A stretch of DNA of 64,000 nucleotides. Origin: an uncultured Poribacteria bacterium (GTDB lineage Bacteria > Poribacteria > WGA-4E > WGA-3G). The notes under the pieces were generated by a model. That model saw only the letters and a program-made list of their open reading frames with translations. It had not been told where the DNA came from and did no database searches. Where the stretch lies: NCBI GenBank assembly GCA_951813565.1, contig OX638351.1, positions 1,632,001 through 1,696,000 on the forward strand, written 5' to 3'. This document shows positions 19,926 to 33,619 of the stretch, in pieces. The first letter of the stretch is position 1, and each line of letters opens with the position of its first letter. A program made the translations under genes and the position numbers.

Positions 19926-22205
19926 ATGGCATCTGAAACTTTTAAAAACCTCCCTTTTTTGCAGCTGTCATCGGATATGTTTGGATATATCCATCTTGAC
20001 GGTAAACTTGTCCCACTCAATCCTGCATGGGAACAAATCCTCGGTTTTACTCACCCAGAACTCCAAGCGCGGCAGTGGATGGAACTTGTTCACCCTGATG
20101 ACCGACAACCTACGTCGGCGCAATTCTCGAAATTGAGTGCAGAAAACTGTGATACAATCTCTTTTGAGAATCGTTTTCTGTGTAGTGACGGCGAGTACAA
20201 GAGATTCTTGTGGTCAGCACAGTCTGATCCAGAACATCCTCGCTATTGTGTTGTTGCTAAGGATATAACGAGACAAAAAAGGATTGAGGCAAAACTCCGT
20301 GAAAATGAAAAAAGGTTTAAGCAATTAGCGCAAACCCATGCACAAGAAAGTGATTTCCTCCACACCCTCATGGATAATGCCCCCGACCATATCTACTTTA
20401 AGGATATTGAAAGTAAATTTATACGCATTAATCGGTCCCTCGCAAATCGATTCGGTCTCAAAAATCCGACAGAAGCCATAGGCAAAAGCGACTTTGACTT
20501 TTTTACGCGCGAACATGCACAACAAGCATATCAAGATGAACGAACGGTCATTGATACTGGAAAACCAATTGAGGGTAAGCAGGAAAAGGAAACCTGGCCA
20601 GGCGGACAAGATACATGGGTATCTACCACAAAAGTCCCGATTCGAGATAGAAGTGGACGCATCAAAGGGACATGCGGTATTTCTCGAGACATCACAGAGT
20701 ATCATAGTGCAGATCAGGCGCTTCGCGATTCTGAGGCAAAATGGCGGTCCTTGGTTGAAAGTGCTCCTGACATTATTGTGACACTTGACCTTGACTACCG
20801 ATTGCAGTTTATTAATCGGGTTCCGGCAGGTGTTAACCTCACAATAGAGGATATCGTTGGGGAAAGTATTTTTGATTTTCTGACCGATGAGCATCATGAT
20901 GGATTTCGACAGGCATGCCAACAGGTTATTGAAACAGGTGAAGTAGCAGGCTATGAAATTCAGGGAAGAATCAGTCAAAATTGGTACGCGTCTTGGATTG
21001 CGCCCATTAAACGCGACAGCAAACTTGTTGGGTTCGTTATGACTTCAACAAATATTACAGACCGAAAACAAGCAGAAACAGAATTGCAAGAAAGCGAACA
21101 ACGTTTTCGGCGTGCTGTACTCAATGCACCTCTACCGATTATGATTCATGCAGAAAACGGAGAAGTTATTCTTATCAGTCGTGCCTGGACAGAACTTACT
21201 GGGTATACATCTGAAGAGATGACAACTGTTGCCAAATGGTTAGAACAAGCGAACAGTGAAATGAGCGAGCAGATTCAAGAATATCTCGTACAGGTTAATC
21301 AAAAGAAAGAACGGAGCGCGCCAGAACAATACGAAATTATGACGAAGGCAGGCAAAAAACAGATATGGGAATTTAGTTCCTCTTTACTTGGCATCCAACC
21401 TGATGGACAACGGATTATCATTAGCATGGCACTTAACAACACTGATCGTATAAAAGCACAACATGCCATGCAAAGTGCAAAGGAAACAGCTGAATATGCG
21501 AGTAGAGCAAAAAGCGATTTTCTCGCCAACATGAGCCATGAATTGCGTACTCCTTTGAATGCTATTATTGGGTTCGCTGAAATTCTCAGAGATGAACTTG
21601 TCGGCCCTGTTAACGATGAACAGAAGGAATGTGTCAACGATATTCGCATGAGTGGACAACATCTACTTGAAATGATTAACGATATTTTGGATCTCTCAAA
21701 GATTGAAGCTGGGAAAATGATCTTACAACTTGAGGAATTTGCTATTGTTGACGCGGTTGAGGAAGTTAACGCTATCATCAAGGCTCTTGCTCTCAAGAAG
21801 AACATTGAACTTACGTTGACGTGCCAGCAAAATGTCATGATTCATGCAGATCGCGTCAAAGTGAAGCAAATATTTTACAATTTGCTTTCAAACGCTGTCA
21901 AGTTTACGCCAGAAGACGGCAAAGTAACAACGCAACTGGAAGTTACGCCTACCGATCTACAAGTCAAAGTCATAGATACTGGAATAGGAATTGCCGAAGA
22001 AGATCGAATGAAACTTTTTGCACCTTTTACACAAATAGACACTTCCAAGTCGAGACGATATGGTGGGACTGGACTCGGTCTTGCATTGACACAACGTTTG
22101 ATTGAGTTACATGGCGGACAAATCCATGTAACAAGCGAAGAGGGAAATGGAAGTACTTTCTCCTTTAATATACCAACGACTCAGATAGGACAAAAAACTA
22201 ATTGA
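19926..22205 (+). CDS. Cytoplasmic multi-PAS sensor histidine kinase
   Basis: Four PAS/PAC units; FLANMSHELRTPL, NLLSNAVKFT, DTGIGI, GTGLGL. Confidence 0.95.
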   Translation: MASETFKNLPFLQLSSDMFGYIHLDGKLVPLNPAWEQILGFTHPELQARQWMELVHPDDRQPTSAQFSKLSAENCDTISFENRFLCSDGEYKRFLWSAQSDPEHPRYCVVAKDITRQKRIEAKLRENEKRFKQLAQTHAQESDFLHTLMDNAPDHIYFKDIESKFIRINRSLANRFGLKNPTEAIGKSDFDFFTREHAQQAYQDERTVIDTGKPIEGKQEKETWPGGQDTWVSTTKVPIRDRSGRIKGTCGISRDITEYHSADQALRDSEAKWRSLVESAPDIIVTLDLDYRLQFINRVPAGVNLTIEDIVGESIFDFLTDEHHDGFRQACQQVIETGEVAGYEIQGRISQNWYASWIAPIKRDSKLVGFVMTSTNITDRKQAETELQESEQRFRRAVLNAPLPIMIHAENGEVILISRAWTELTGYTSEEMTTVAKWLEQANSEMSEQIQEYLVQVNQKKERSAPEQYEIMTKAGKKQIWEFSSSLLGIQPDGQRIIISMALNNTDRIKAQHAMQSAKETAEYASRAKSDFLANMSHELRTPLNAIIGFAEILRDELVGPVNDEQKECVNDIRMSGQHLLEMINDILDLSKIEAGKMILQLEEFAIVDAVEEVNAIIKALALKKNIELTLTCQQNVMIHADRVKVKQIFYNLLSNAVKFTPEDGKVTTQLEVTPTDLQVKVIDTGIGIAEEDRMKLFAPFTQIDTSKSRRYGGTGLGLALTQRLIELHGGQIHVTSEEGNGSTFSFNIPTTQIGQKTN

Positions 22206-22254
22206 TAAATCTCGGCCTAAATTGCTGTCCTTTGCCAATGTTCTCTTATTCTAC

Positions 22255-22387
22255 TACTGCTTAGTCAAGTGCTAATTGATAGGTCTTGAAAGTAGTCGCG
22301 ATTCGGAGATCCCTCCTACCATAAGCAGCCCATCGGTAGGAGCGATCTCCGAATCGCGACGGACAATAATATGTTGACTAAGCACTA
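22255..22387. repeat. MITE-like unit carrying an inverted REP doublet
   Basis: Ends TGCTTAGTCAA/TTGACTAAGCA; internal GTCGCGATTCGGAGATCCCTCCTAC and GTAGGAGCGATCTCCGAATCGCGAC. Confidence 0.7.
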
Positions 22388-22487
22388 CCTATAATCGCTA
22401 ACCTTGGTGATTTTTTAAACAAAGCTTACCCTCTCGTTAAATTCTTGAAGCAATTTCTGCCATGTGTTTGGGCATAGGAGTTATGAG

Positions 22488-22877
22488 TTGAGTGCGGAGA
22501 GTCCGAAATCAATCTTAGTCATAGAAGACCAAGCGTTGAACCGAAAAGTTGTCCGTATTGTATTGCAATCTGAAGGCTATGAGGTTATAGAAGCGATCAA
22601 TGCAGCCGAAGCTTTAGCGTGTTTGGAGGCAAATGTCCCCGCACTCATCCTAATGGACATTGCTTTGCCCGGACAGAGTGGTGAAGAATTGACCCGCCAA
22701 ATTAAAGCTGATCCAGAGAAGTGCAGCATACCGATTATTGCATTAACTGCCGCAGCAATGTCTGGCGACCGTGAACGACTCCTTAAAGCAGGTTGCGACG
22801 ATTACCTCAGCAAGCCGATTGATACACAAGAACTTTTAGAACGTGTGGCACACTATCTTGAAGGAAGTGCAACATGA
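22488..22877 (+). CDS. Single-domain response regulator (DivK/CheY-like)
   Basis: ILVIED, ILMDIALP, IALTA, YLSKP; TTG start after AGGAG. Confidence 0.9.
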   Translation: MSAESPKSILVIEDQALNRKVVRIVLQSEGYEVIEAINAAEALACLEANVPALILMDIALPGQSGEELTRQIKADPEKCSIPIIALTAAAMSGDRERLLKAGCDDYLSKPIDTQELLERVAHYLEGSAT

Positions 22878-24034
22878 ATACCCAAGAATCCACAAAAATT
22901 CTTGTTGTTGACGATGAACCTCGCAACGTCAAAATTCTTCAGATCCAACTTGAGTCGCGCGGTTACATCGTCCTCACTGCTGGCGATGGTGCTGAGGCAT
23001 TAGAAGTTATCAAGGACGAAACGCCTGATCTTATCTTGTTAGATATTAACATGCCCAGAGTAGATGGGTACGAAGTGTTAGCAAAGGTGCGCGCAGATAA
23101 GACGACAGAATTTATCCCTATCATCATGATAACCGCCCTGCGCGATACAGAAGAAAACCGAATTAAGGCAGTTGAAGCTGGTGCAGACGATTTTATAGAA
23201 AAACCTTTTAATAGTTTTGAAGTGTTGGCTCGGATTAAATCCCTCTTACGCATTAAGCTTTATCACGACACTCTTGAACAACACAATGCTCGTTTGGAGA
23301 TGGAACTTCAGATGGCGCGAAGTGTTCAAGAAATAATAATTCCGCAGAACGGTTCTCAAGATTTGGCAGGATTTCGCACAGCTTCATACTGTCGTCCTGC
23401 GCTTGCGGTCGGTGGTGATTTTTTTGATCTATGGGAGATTGATGGAGATCGGATAGGTGTCTTAATTTCTGATGTGATGGGGCATGGTGCTTCTGCTGCT
23501 CTCGTCACTGTGTTTATCAAAACAGTTTTAACGGAACATCGGGAACATATAGAGAATAATCCTGCTCAGCTCTTACACATCCTCAACACACGTTTCAACG
23601 ATATAATTAGTTCCCGTCTATTTATGTTTGCCACTGCGTTCTGTGGTGTTTTTGATCTAACGAAAAAAGAACTCGTTTGTGCTAATGCCGGCCATCCGTT
23701 TCCGTTTTTGCAACACGAATTGCAATCAAACTGTGAAGCGATCACTGACAAACATACCGGAAACGGTTTGGGTATTCGGAGAGAATCTGTATACGAAAAT
23801 TGCTACTACCCGTTTGATTCTTCAAGTAGAGCCTTTTTCTACACCGATGGTGTCTATGAAGTTAAAAATCCACAGGGTGAAGAATTTTCTGTAGAACGAC
23901 TCCAAAACGTGGTAAAGATGTGCAAGGGAGAATCGCCAGCGCAACTTATCCAATGTGTTTCTGATGCTATCACTGAATTTACAGACACTCGTCCCAATGA
24001 GGATGACTTAACACTTATTGCAATTCAGGGTTAA
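22874..24034 (+). CDS. Receiver + PP2C (SpoIIE/RsbU-type) phosphatase
   Basis: ILVVDD, LLDINMP; VGGDFFD, DVMGHG, NAGHP, YTDGV, EDDLT. Confidence 0.92.
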   Translation: MNTQESTKILVVDDEPRNVKILQIQLESRGYIVLTAGDGAEALEVIKDETPDLILLDINMPRVDGYEVLAKVRADKTTEFIPIIMITALRDTEENRIKAVEAGADDFIEKPFNSFEVLARIKSLLRIKLYHDTLEQHNARLEMELQMARSVQEIIIPQNGSQDLAGFRTASYCRPALAVGGDFFDLWEIDGDRIGVLISDVMGHGASAALVTVFIKTVLTEHREHIENNPAQLLHILNTRFNDIISSRLFMFATAFCGVFDLTKKELVCANAGHPFPFLQHELQSNCEAITDKHTGNGLGIRRESVYENCYYPFDSSSRAFFYTDGVYEVKNPQGEEFSVERLQNVVKMCKGESPAQLIQCVSDAITEFTDTRPNEDDLTLIAIQG

Positions 24035-24477
24035 TTTTCACCTATTTTGACATCTCGATAGAAAATAGCAGTCACATCTGTTCCCCCAACCGCATTCGCT
24101 TCCAATTTATGAACATCAGTGAGACATTTTATTAAGTACAGACCATGCCCGCTTTCACCCGCGGGAGAGCGCTGCTCTTGAATCTCTGCTAATCTCTCAG
24201 GTGTTATCCAATCCTGCGTGTTACTTCCGCCTTTATCTCGGACGACAATTTCAAGTGTGCGCGTGTCCACAGAAATTTGCAATTGAATTCCACTCGATAC
24301 ACACGTGGACCCGTGATAAACTGCGTTGCTACACATTTCGTCAAGAGCGAGCTGAACATCTGCTATCCGTTTCTTGGAAAATTTTAGCGTTTCACACAAC
24401 TTTCCGATAAACGCCCGTACCGATTCGAGGTAATACACGTCGCTCGGCACCTTCAACTCAATATGGGATTTCTCCAT
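24031..24477 (-). CDS. RsbW-like anti-sigma factor / Ser kinase
   Basis: LALDEMCSNAVYHG, VRDKG, ESGHGLYLI. Confidence 0.88.
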   Translation of the reverse strand: MEKSHIELKVPSDVYYLESVRAFIGKLCETLKFSKKRIADVQLALDEMCSNAVYHGSTCVSSGIQLQISVDTRTLEIVVRDKGGSNTQDWITPERLAEIQEQRSPAGESGHGLYLIKCLTDVHKLEANAVGGTDVTAIFYRDVKIGEN

Positions 24478-24513
24478 GGGCTAACACCAGTTTTTCTTTT
24501 TTTATGACATTGA

Positions 24514-24867
24514 TTAAAAAGCCGCAATTGCGCTCTTCTCAGATTCATAAATTTCAACAACACTGGAAGCCCCTATAAGATTAAAGGTCCGGGTGAGGGT
24601 TGCAGCTAAATTGCATAGTTTGAGGTCACCACCGTTTTGGCGGAGTCGTTTTGCGATGCCTACTAACGTCCCTACTGCAGTACTGTTGATGTGGTTAACT
24701 TCGCTGAAATTCACAACAACCTTATTTACCTTTTCCATCAAAAGATTCTCCAGAACTTTCCGCAAATCCGAGGCAGCGTAACTGCTTAAGTCGGTTTTTA
24801 CATCAATGATTTTGACATCCGCATTCTCCCGAGTGGTTATAAATTCGGTACCGGTCATAAAAGTCAC
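24514..24867 (-). CDS. RsbV-like STAS anti-anti-sigma factor
   Basis: VNHINSTAVGTL, GGDLKL; upstream of the RsbW-like gene. Confidence 0.88.
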   Translation of the reverse strand: MTFMTGTEFITTRENADVKIIDVKTDLSSYAASDLRKVLENLLMEKVNKVVVNFSEVNHINSTAVGTLVGIAKRLRQNGGDLKLCNLAATLTRTFNLIGASSVVEIYESEKSAIAAF

Positions 24868-25302
24868 CTTCCGTAGTTAAAATCCGTATCTACCATTTTA
24901 GTTTAGATTCATAAAAAAATCAAGCATTTTTTAAATTTAACATTCCATAAACTAAATTCACATTACCTAATCGGGTGTGCAAATATATTGTCATATAGGT
25001 TCAATTGGCAAAGAATCCTTCGTGTTTTCCACTGGAGGCGAATCAACGCAGCGGGCGCATGCGGTCACGTCTAATGTATCTAAGCAACGGGCGGGCACAG
25101 AGACCCGCCGTTACAATAAGAGATGTACATAACTTTTGACAAAATATTTAGACTTTCCAATTGAAAGATTATTGTTGCATTTCTATGTACATTGTGATAT
25201 ACTATTAAGTAACCGATTTGAAAGTGCCAGAAGCACTTCGCAACAAGGAGGAACTGGCGGACTTAACGCTGTTTTGCGTTTTGAGGAGACCCAGGTATCT
25301 TA

Positions 25303-27792
25303 ATGAATAACGAACAGACCCATACAGATGATTCCACCGTTGACGTGGAAGAAGAAAAACAATCAGTTGAAACTTCAACTGAAGTTACGCAAGATGAAGG
25401 AAATGAAACAGAAACAGAGGTAGAGACAACTTCTGACAATGCTGAAACAGAACAGGCGGAATCTCCAGTTGATGAACCTGCGCAAGTTGATCAAACTGAT
25501 GAAACCGATCAGATTGCCGAATCTGAAGAAGTTTCTGAAAGCACCCCATCCGAAACTGAATCTGAAGAAGCTGATCAAACTGCTGAAGCCGAAAGTGAGA
25601 CCGCTGAAGCCGAGGCTGATGAGGTCAATCAAACTGCTGATCCTGAGATCACCACATCAGAAGTCGAACCCCAGGAAGCCACCCCGACTGCCGAAGCTGA
25701 AAACGAAATCCCTGAAACCGAGGCTGATGAAGTTTCTCCGCCTTCCGAACCTGGAAGCGACACAGTAGAGGAACAAACGACTCCGATGAGTCAGGAATCT
25801 CTTGAAGAAGCTTATGATAATTCACTTAAAGCGTTTACCGATGGAGAGATTGTTAAAGGAACCGTTGTAGATGTAAGTCGCGATGAAGTGATGATTGACA
25901 TCGGTTTTAAATCAGAAGGTTATATTCCAGCATCTGAGTTTGATTCGGCAGAAAATGATTTGCCTTCGGTACAAGTGGGCGATGAAATTGATGTGTATAT
26001 TGTCCGGCGAGAAGATTCAGAAGGGCAAATAGTTCTTTCAAAGAAAATAGCTGATCAGACGTTAGTTTGGGACGAAATAACGCAAGCTTATGAGAGCGGT
26101 TCACCGGTCGAAGGCCGAATAACAGAGCGGATTAAAGGTGGGTTACGAGTGACTGTCGGGTCTTTGCGAGGATTTTTGCCTGCCTCACAAGTTGAATTAC
26201 GACCTATTCAAAACCTTGACCAGTACATCGGGGAAGTTTTTCAGATGAAGGTCATCAGCATGAGTAAACGACGGCACAACATTGTTTTGTCGCGCCGTGC
26301 ATGGCTGGAAGCTGAAATGGCCGAAAAGAAAGAAGAAGTCCTAAAAACTCTTGAAGTTGGTCAACACATAACTGGCGTAGTCAAGAACATTACCGCTTTT
26401 GGAGCATTCGTCGACCTTGGTGGGGTTGATGGTTTACTCCATAAGACCGACATGGCATGGAAGCGCATTAATCATCCATCCGAAATTGTTTCTATTGGTG
26501 AGGAAATTGAAGTTCAAGTCATTGCTATTGCACAAGAGAGCGAAAAAATTTCGTTGGGATTGAAACAGAAGACACCTGACCCGTGGGAAAATGTTGAGGA
26601 AAAATATCCTATCGGCTCAAGGATTAATGGTACAGTTGTGAATATTGTCAATTACGGTGTTTTTGTCCAACTTGAAGAAGCAGTTGAAGGCTTAATTCAC
26701 GTTTCAGAAATGGCGTGGACTCGCCGTAACGTTGCCCCATCGCGCATTGTTAGTAAGGGTGATGAGATTGAGGCGATCGTTCTTGAAATTTCTAGAGAGG
26801 ACAAACGGATTTCCTTAGGAATTAAACAATTACAACCGAATCCTTGGGAACTCTTGGAACAGAGGTTTCCTGTTGGAACCAAGATTACAGGACGCATCCG
26901 AAATCTCACAAATTTTGGCGCATTTGTTGAAATTGAAGAAGGTATTGACGGATTAATTCATACCTCTGATCTTTCTTGGACAGATCGTGGGTCTAACCCA
27001 CAAGAATTACTTAAAGAAGGTGATGAGGTTGAGGTCGTTGTGCTGCAGATTGACGCTTCTGAACGGCGCGTTTCATTAGGGCTTAAACAGACACAACCTG
27101 ATCCTTGGGATGAGGTTCCCGAAAAGTATAAGGTCGGCTCTGTCGTCCGCGGACAGATTGTTAATTTGACCAGTTTTGGTGCGTTCACAAAACTTGAGGA
27201 GGGTATTGATGGGCTTATTCACATTTCTGAAATCGCTGACCGTAGGATCGAAAGACCGGAAGAGGTTGTTTCTGTCGGAGATGAAATAGATGTTAAAGTC
27301 ATTAACCTTGATCCAAAAGGTAGACGTATTGGCTTGAGTTTGAAAGCAGCAATAGCAGACCAAGAACGAGCTGCTGCCCCACCAGAAGAAAGACAAGAAC
27401 GTCCCCGTCGCCAACGTCCTGCACCGCAACGCGAACCCAGAGAATCTAAACCTGTTGAGGAAGAGGAAACCGTGATGGGTGCTCTGCTCAAACGGGAAAT
27501 GGGAAAAAACAATATTGACAATCTTGTGAATTCCCAGGAGACAGAAGACACTGAAGAAACTGAAAGCGCTGAAACTTCCGAGAACACTGAGAAAGTTGAG
27601 AGTGCTGAAACTTCTGAGGAAACTTCCGAGAACACTGAGAAAGTTGAGAGTGCTGAAACTTCTGAGGAAACTGAGAATGTAGAAACTTCTGAGGAAACTT
27701 CCGAGAACACTGAGAAAGTTGAGAGTGCTGAAACTTCTGAGGAAACTGAGAATGTAGAAACTTCTGAGGAAACTGAGAATTCTGAAAGTTAA
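25303..27792 (+). CDS. rpsA: 30S ribosomal protein S1 with long acidic N- and C-terminal extensions
   Basis: Six S1 domains ([54 protein letters not shown]). Confidence 0.95.
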   Translation: MNNEQTHTDDSTVDVEEEKQSVETSTEVTQDEGNETETEVETTSDNAETEQAESPVDEPAQVDQTDETDQIAESEEVSESTPSETESEEADQTAEAESETAEAEADEVNQTADPEITTSEVEPQEATPTAEAENEIPETEADEVSPPSEPGSDTVEEQTTPMSQESLEEAYDNSLKAFTDGEIVKGTVVDVSRDEVMIDIGFKSEGYIPASEFDSAENDLPSVQVGDEIDVYIVRREDSEGQIVLSKKIADQTLVWDEITQAYESGSPVEGRITERIKGGLRVTVGSLRGFLPASQVELRPIQNLDQYIGEVFQMKVISMSKRRHNIVLSRRAWLEAEMAEKKEEVLKTLEVGQHITGVVKNITAFGAFVDLGGVDGLLHKTDMAWKRINHPSEIVSIGEEIEVQVIAIAQESEKISLGLKQKTPDPWENVEEKYPIGSRINGTVVNIVNYGVFVQLEEAVEGLIHVSEMAWTRRNVAPSRIVSKGDEIEAIVLEISREDKRISLGIKQLQPNPWELLEQRFPVGTKITGRIRNLTNFGAFVEIEEGIDGLIHTSDLSWTDRGSNPQELLKEGDEVEVVVLQIDASERRVSLGLKQTQPDPWDEVPEKYKVGSVVRGQIVNLTSFGAFTKLEEGIDGLIHISEIADRRIERPEEVVSVGDEIDVKVINLDPKGRRIGLSLKAAIADQERAAAPPEERQERPRRQRPAPQREPRESKPVEEEETVMGALLKREMGKNNIDNLVNSQETEDTEETESAETSENTEKVESAETSEETSENTEKVESAETSEETENVETSEETSENTEKVESAETSEETENVETSEETENSES
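27553..27787 (+). repeat. In-frame tandem repeats in the rpsA tail
   Basis: Three copies of GAAACTTCCGAGAACACTGAGAAAGTTGAGAGTGCTGAAACTTCTGAG interspersed with GAAACTGAGAATGTA units. Confidence 0.9.
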
Positions 27793-27799
27793 ATGTTTA

Positions 27800-27987
27800 T
27801 AGTAGATTTTACAATTAATGATACACATTGATCGGCGCGCTTGCAAAGCGCGCCTACTTGTGATATAAGAGGCGACGAATGCCATACGCGCATGAGGCGT
27901 TGATTTGGCAATAAATTCGCGACTACAAACGCTGTAAATCCAAAGAAAATGTTCCGGTATTTTAGGTTTTACCAAAATTTTCTGCTA
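27800..27987. repeat. MITE with IS630-like end carrying REPs and a micro-hairpin
   Basis: TA|TAGTAGATTTTACAATTAATG; the same end appears inverted at ~6469-6490; right end approximate. Confidence 0.6.
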
Positions 27988-28150
27988 TAGCGTCTCGTAC
28001 AATGCTGCTCTCTATTCATATTTAACGGGCATTTCTATGCTATATAATACAATAAAATATGTCCCGGGATGTCCTTTTATCACGGAAATAGAGATGCTAT
28101 TTCATTTCGCATGAGGGCAAAAAGAAAAATATGCAGACAGGAGAACCGAA

Positions 28151-30549
<2,399 letters not shown>

Positions 30550-30577
30550 TTTTGGCTTAGACACACTCTGAAAACCT

Positions 30578-30811
30578 ATGAAAAAGTCAGAAATCTGGGA
30601 GGGAGTGATATTACTCCTTGCAGTGTTACTCTTGTTACCGATATGGTTAGCACAGACTGGTAAAGTTCAATTCCCTCCAGCAATTTTCACGTTCCTTGAG
30701 TATTTGCCATATCCACTTATCGTTGTGCTCGCTGTCATTTTTGTGCGCCGCTTGCGCCGAATCATCAGTGCGTTGCGTGAGAACAAAAACCGTCCTGGCA
30801 TGTTTTCGTAA
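30578..30811 (+). CDS. Small two-TM membrane protein
   Basis: Two hydrophobic segments and a basic tail; follows ahcY. Confidence 0.65.
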   Translation: MKKSEIWEGVILLLAVLLLLPIWLAQTGKVQFPPAIFTFLEYLPYPLIVVLAVIFVRRLRRIISALRENKNRPGMFS

Positions 30812-30820
30812 GACCAGATA

Positions 30821-30879
30821 AATTAATTTCCAACCCATAGACGTGCTTACAAAGCACGTCTATGGGTTGGAAATTAATT
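30821..30879. repeat. Perfect 28-bp inverted repeat with 3-nt loop
   Basis: AATTAATTTCCAACCCATAGACGTGCTT-ACA-AAGCACGTCTATGGGTTGGAAATTAATT. Confidence 0.9.
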
Positions 30880-30886
30880 GTATAAT

Positions 30887-31085
30887 ACCATTTCTAATTG
30901 AGCGCTTTTCATTAACGAAAAACGTGCTTGTAGTCGCGCAATTCATTGCATCTCTTACATTCTTCACCTCAGTTTGAACCCATAATCTTATAATGAAATC
31001 TTATTATTTAACGTGGGTTCGATAAAAGAATTCAAATTTGGACGTTGTGTTTCACTTATGCCCATCTAATCGAAAGACTTTGGTA
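30887..31085. mobile_element. MITE family C
   Basis: Starts TAA|TACCATTTCTAATTGA; ~100 bp homologous to 63868-63999; same end at 47197; right end approximate. Confidence 0.7.
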
Positions 31086-31255
31086 GGAGAGCAAGGCAAA
31101 GTTGTTTTTCCAGGTATATGAATTCTTGAGAACATGCAGGCAAAAATTACGGGGATACTTCACACCTATTTTACGACCATGATTGCTAAACTCACAGCGT
31201 TCACATATTTTGTAAAACTGCTAATGCCATATAATCTATTAGAATAGGGGAGAAT

Positions 31256-32276
31256 ATGAATTTTAGCAAACAGATTTGTGTTTTGGTTTTCGTGGCAATG
31301 CTATCAACATCTCTAACAGTAGCTGCCGAAGAAGAAACCGAAGAGATTTACACATTAGAAGAAGTCGTGGTTACTGCAAGTAAGCGTGAGCAGTTGTCTT
31401 TTGAGGTGCCGCTTTCCGTTTCGACTATCCGTGGCGACAAATCCGATGCCTTGCGATCATCAGGTTTGGATTTGCGATTTTTGTCTAATCGGACACCAAG
31501 TTTACAGATGGAGTCCTCTTTTGGACGTGTCTTTCCACGTTTTTATATCCGTGGACTTGGCAATACGGGATTTTGACCTCAACGCTTCGTAGCCTGTTTC
31601 GTGCCAATATCTTGGCACCGGGTGAGGGTGGTCCAAGATTTTACGCGTGACAGCATTGCACACGACGGGCGTAATGAACAAACGCTGGAGTCAGGTGGTT
31701 TAACCGCTGAAGTGCGTTACGATATTGGAAACTTCCAACTTGTTTCCCTGACGGGATTGGAGCGACTTACCACTTTTTCGCGCGGAGATATTGATGCCGG
31801 ATACGGTGCTGCGTTCCTTCCGTCAAGCGGTCCCGGTGTGATTCCTTTTCCTTCAGAAACAGCGTCCGGTATTCCCTTGCTGAACCAGTTTAGCCAAGAA
31901 GTCCGCTTCTGCTGAGGGAACTTTTTCCATTGATGGCAACAGTCTACCGCAAGCACCCGCTTGGATTGCAGATGTGACGTTACGTTACATGCTTGATCTG
32001 CCTGCAGGTTTTCGCTTTGTCGCAGCTACAGATTGGGCATATCGTAGCCGAGTGCAGTTTTTTCTCTACGACTCTGTGGAATTCAGCGATGATTGGCTCT
32101 TGGAGGGAGGCTTACGGGTTGCTTGCCACTTACCTGATGGCGACACAGAGGTGGCACTTATAGGACGTAACATTCTCAACGATACGTCTCCCACTGGTGG
32201 TATTGATTTTAATAATCTAACTGGTTATGTCAATGAACCTCGGTTTTGGAGTTTGGAATTGGTGCGGCGATTCTGA
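31256..32276 (+). pseudogene. TonB-dependent receptor remnant
   Basis: Signal peptide, LEEVVVTASKRE, FYIRGLG, frameshift then TAG in (T)DFDLNAS*PVS, large internal deletions, C-terminal GRNI...NEPRFWSLELVRRF. Confidence 0.85.
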
Positions 32277-32301
32277 ACACATCAGAAACTTTGTATCTAC
32301 C

Positions 32302-33603
32302 TCAAGAATTCAACAAACTACGCTTTTTATTCATAGAGTTTAATCTTCTGAGGGTGCGTTCCACGGTTCGTAGGCGTCGGCGTACGAAAGTTTGTTTGGG
32401 ATTTAACCTAAGTAACTTGGTAAAATCGTCAATTGCCTCTTGATATAACCGCTGTGCTTCAGCTATATTTTCATCTCCTATTTCAAATTCAGCCATCATA
32501 CATTTTGCTTGACCTCGATTTAGGCGACCTAAGATATAATTTGGGTTCATTTGAAGTGCTTGATTGAGGTCATCAAGCATGTCGTGTAAATCCCCGAGTG
32601 CACCTTTAGTAGAAGCCCGATTGTTGTAGGAAAAGATATCATAAGGATTTTCTTTAATAGCCTTATCAAAGTCTTTGAGTGCTCCGACGTAATTCCCGAG
32701 GCGTGACTTCATTCTCGCTATTCTTGCGTGAATGCCACATAAACCCGGGTTAAGTTTTCGGGCAGAATTATACGCATTTAGTGCTTCTCTGTCGTAATTA
32801 AAATCCGCATATTTGTCACCTTTACTTTCCATGTTATAAGCGCGCACGCGTGCATTTTTTTTCCACTGTGCCAAAGGTATTACATTTCCTGAATTAGCAA
32901 TTAAAGTATTGATCACGTTGGAAGAAACCATAATTGTAGACATAGTGCTGAGATCTTCAACATCAGAATCTAACCCCGTGGTAGCAACACCAATGACTTC
33001 ATTGTTCTTATTCATAGCTGGGCTGCCGAAAGCTCCAGTAATAAATTCGGTTTTTACTTCGTAACGTATGTTGTCACCGTATCTACCTTGAATGTAACCT
33101 ATTCTACCCTGGTATCCCATCTCTAAATGGTATCCTGTGATATAAACTGAATCGCCTATTTGAATGGTGTCGCTGTTTCCGATGGATAGTGGGACACCCG
33201 TGTTAGTAACTTTAAGAAGTACCAGATTGTTTTTTGCATCATAGGTGGTTACCCCTTCAATAGTGATGTCTTCCGTACCGTTAATCTGAACATTTTTGTG
33301 TTGGCGCAACGGAAAAATATCCATTTCGTTCTGTTTCTTACCTAAGCGAGATGTGGCGTGCTCCCTTATTGTCTCATATTGATTTGAGGAAAACGCAACA
33401 ACATTTTCAGCATTGGCAAGAACAGCTATGGTCGTCACGATCTTGTCTGGTTCTACATAGAAACCTGTTGCAGTTATAATGTCTGGATATTCTGAGTCCA
33501 ATTCAAAGTTTTCGCTGTCATCAATTTCTATTTCCAAGTAAACTGTAGATTCTTTATTGTTATCAAAAATTTGTTGTAGTAAAGCGTCTTTTTGTTCTTC
33601 CAT
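32302..33603 (-). CDS. Trypsin-like peptidase homolog + TPR, predicted catalytically inactive
   Basis: Paralog of its neighbours but VTTIAV / NNLVLLKV / GAFGSP at the triad positions. Confidence 0.8.
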   Translation of the reverse strand: MEEQKDALLQQIFDNNKESTVYLEIEIDDSENFELDSEYPDIITATGFYVEPDKIVTTIAVLANAENVVAFSSNQYETIREHATSRLGKKQNEMDIFPLRQHKNVQINGTEDITIEGVTTYDAKNNLVLLKVTNTGVPLSIGNSDTIQIGDSVYITGYHLEMGYQGRIGYIQGRYGDNIRYEVKTEFITGAFGSPAMNKNNEVIGVATTGLDSDVEDLSTMSTIMVSSNVINTLIANSGNVIPLAQWKKNARVRAYNMESKGDKYADFNYDREALNAYNSARKLNPGLCGIHARIARMKSRLGNYVGALKDFDKAIKENPYDIFSYNNRASTKGALGDLHDMLDDLNQALQMNPNYILGRLNRGQAKCMMAEFEIGDENIAEAQRLYQEAIDDFTKLLRLNPKQTFVRRRLRTVERTLRRLNSMNKKRSLLNS

Positions 33604-33619
33604 AGTCTTTCTCCAACTA

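Noticed and set aside
27076..27975. 299-aa minus-strand ORF with repeats
   Set aside because: Antisense shadow of rpsA and its tandem repeats.
28060..28150. SAM or SAH riboswitch before metK-ahcY
   Set aside because: A hairpin exists (GAAATAG/CTATTTC) but I cannot match the conserved cores of known SAM/SAH classes; an Rfam scan would settle it.
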